The notes under the pieces: generated by a model | The model's input: the letters and a program-made list of their open reading frames with translations, nothing else | What the model was told of the DNA's origin: nothing | Database searches by the model: none | Shown: positions 62,662 through 64,000 of the stretch, piece by piece | Layout of the letters: each line of letters begins with the position of its first letter | Numbering within the stretch: the first letter of the stretch is position 1 | Position numbers and translations under genes: made by a program | From: Trichosphaerium sp. ATCC 40318 | Taxonomy: Eukaryota > Protista > Tubulinea | Length of the DNA stretch: 64,000 bases | Assembly: GCA_038496445.1 (NCBI GenBank) | Contig: JALMLS010000323.1 | Span: 88,233 to 152,232, forward strand | Direction: 5' to 3'

Positions 62662-64000
62662 TTATCGCTTTGGGCAAGACAGAGCGTGGTCTAGCTCTCC
62701 GCATAGTCTCTTTATCTCACATAAAGTGTTTCGGAGGCTATGACAATCTGCAGGGTTTGCTTCAAGGCACATTACACGTTGAACAAAGCCGCCGGAAATG
62801 TCGATTTGCGGTACTGCATCTCTACAAAAACAAAATATGAGCTATTTAGTCGGTTAACAACTCTTACCTATCAGGGATGACGTTAACGGCGTATTTGTAA
62901 ATATTCTACACATAAAGTTAATCATTGCAAACTAGAAAAACTACGCGTACTTCGAGGCGAATACCAAGTTTACGTCTTGTCAGCACGAGACCTGGTGCTG
63001 AAAATACTACGGCTGTTTTATTTCTCTTAGTTCCTGCAATCTTTGCAATAGCTCCACCGAGACTGTGACCAGTGAGCATCACGTGCCTTCAATAACATTA
63101 GCAAATCTCATTGCATTGACCTCGAAAATACCTGTCTTTAATCTTATCAATGTATTCAATAACAGGCTTGTAGTAATGTCTCACAGGATTGTTTATCAAA
63201 GACTCTGGAAGTGCAGATATTTTCAAAAGTGAAGCAACTACAAAGTAAACACATTAGTATTATTACTCTTTACATAAAAGGCATACCAAGGCCTGTTGGA
63301 ATCCAGTTTAGCATCGGAACAAAAGATGAAAAAAGTTGGAACATAGACACGTCCATGTAAATGTCAGCATCTATAGTTGATTAGCAATAATACTTTATCT
63401 TCTATGTATTGTGCCTTGCAGAACATCCAATAGTCTAGCAGAAGTACCACGGATTGCTATTACAGAAAGTCCTCTTGACTGGTATAACGTTTAGAATTTG
63501 GTGTTAAATCCAATAATCAAATACGAACCTTTGAATAAAAATCATAGAAGTGGACATTTACGTCGTCTGTCGTGTGTGCACGTATGACATCCCAATCGTT
63601 CGTACTACAAATGCCTTAATTTTGATTGTTGTATTGTATTACATACCCGCCATCTAGACCTTTTACTAATTCTTGTAACCGCAAAGCATGTTTGTCAAAG
63701 CATGTTCCTTCAAAATACGCCTAAAAGAACATTAGATAAATATAGTACACGGTAAACAATATACCATATCCGCTAAAATACCGATATCAATCACATCCAA
63801 CCCGTGCCATCTTTGGCTACATATTTGGTAGCCACCATCGCACTGAGAGACCTGAAAAAATAAGTTAAAAACCAGCATGATATAACAAAAAGATTACATT
63901 TTCTCCAGGCATATAAAATCGATCAAAATCCGAACAATGCATATCCATTTCTTCTTGTTCTTCTTGTAGAAATACACCAAAACTTAATGAGAAAATAACC
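62662..64000 (-). CDS. Lipase class 3 protein, 3' part
   Basis: LSVIAIRGTSA..D, VMLTGHSLGGAIAKI, VFSAPG. Confidence 0.85.

Overview
AT-rich, gene-dense eukaryotic DNA with many short (~50-90 nt) spliceosomal introns; the gene content and a DUSE-like snRNA promoter suggest an amoebozoan protist (inference). The ORF track mostly shows exon fragments, so I assembled about 30 protein-coding genes by hand; their exon boundaries are approximate. They include RCC1, several F-box proteins, PX, Ies6, two 'DDWY' helical-repeat proteins (one with a PD-(D/E)xK-like nuclease domain), DUF2961, LRR, GH12-like+ricin, GPALPP1-like, a Sar1-like GTPase, a transglutaminase-like protein, a PH-STE20 kinase, bacterial-type GalU, a bacterial-type RimK-associated protease, GST and a lipase. 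Main findings: (1) an unidentified, highly structured ~235-nt Pol III ncRNA with DUSE + TATA + T7 (60224-60460, -); (2) a deiodinase-like selenoprotein whose Sec UGA is split by an intron, with a clear SECIS; (3) four copies of a dicistronic tRNA-Phe(GAA)-tRNA-Leu cassette with an atypical Phe body; (4) a circularly permuted inverted duplication (26048-29522 vs 51841-58810) bounded by direct repeats of that cassette, which created a chimeric ORF and was followed by reciprocal gene loss; (5) a decayed piggyBac-like element inside a coding exon whose TIRs could be spliced out in frame; (6) roughly 10-fold over-representation of CACGTG.
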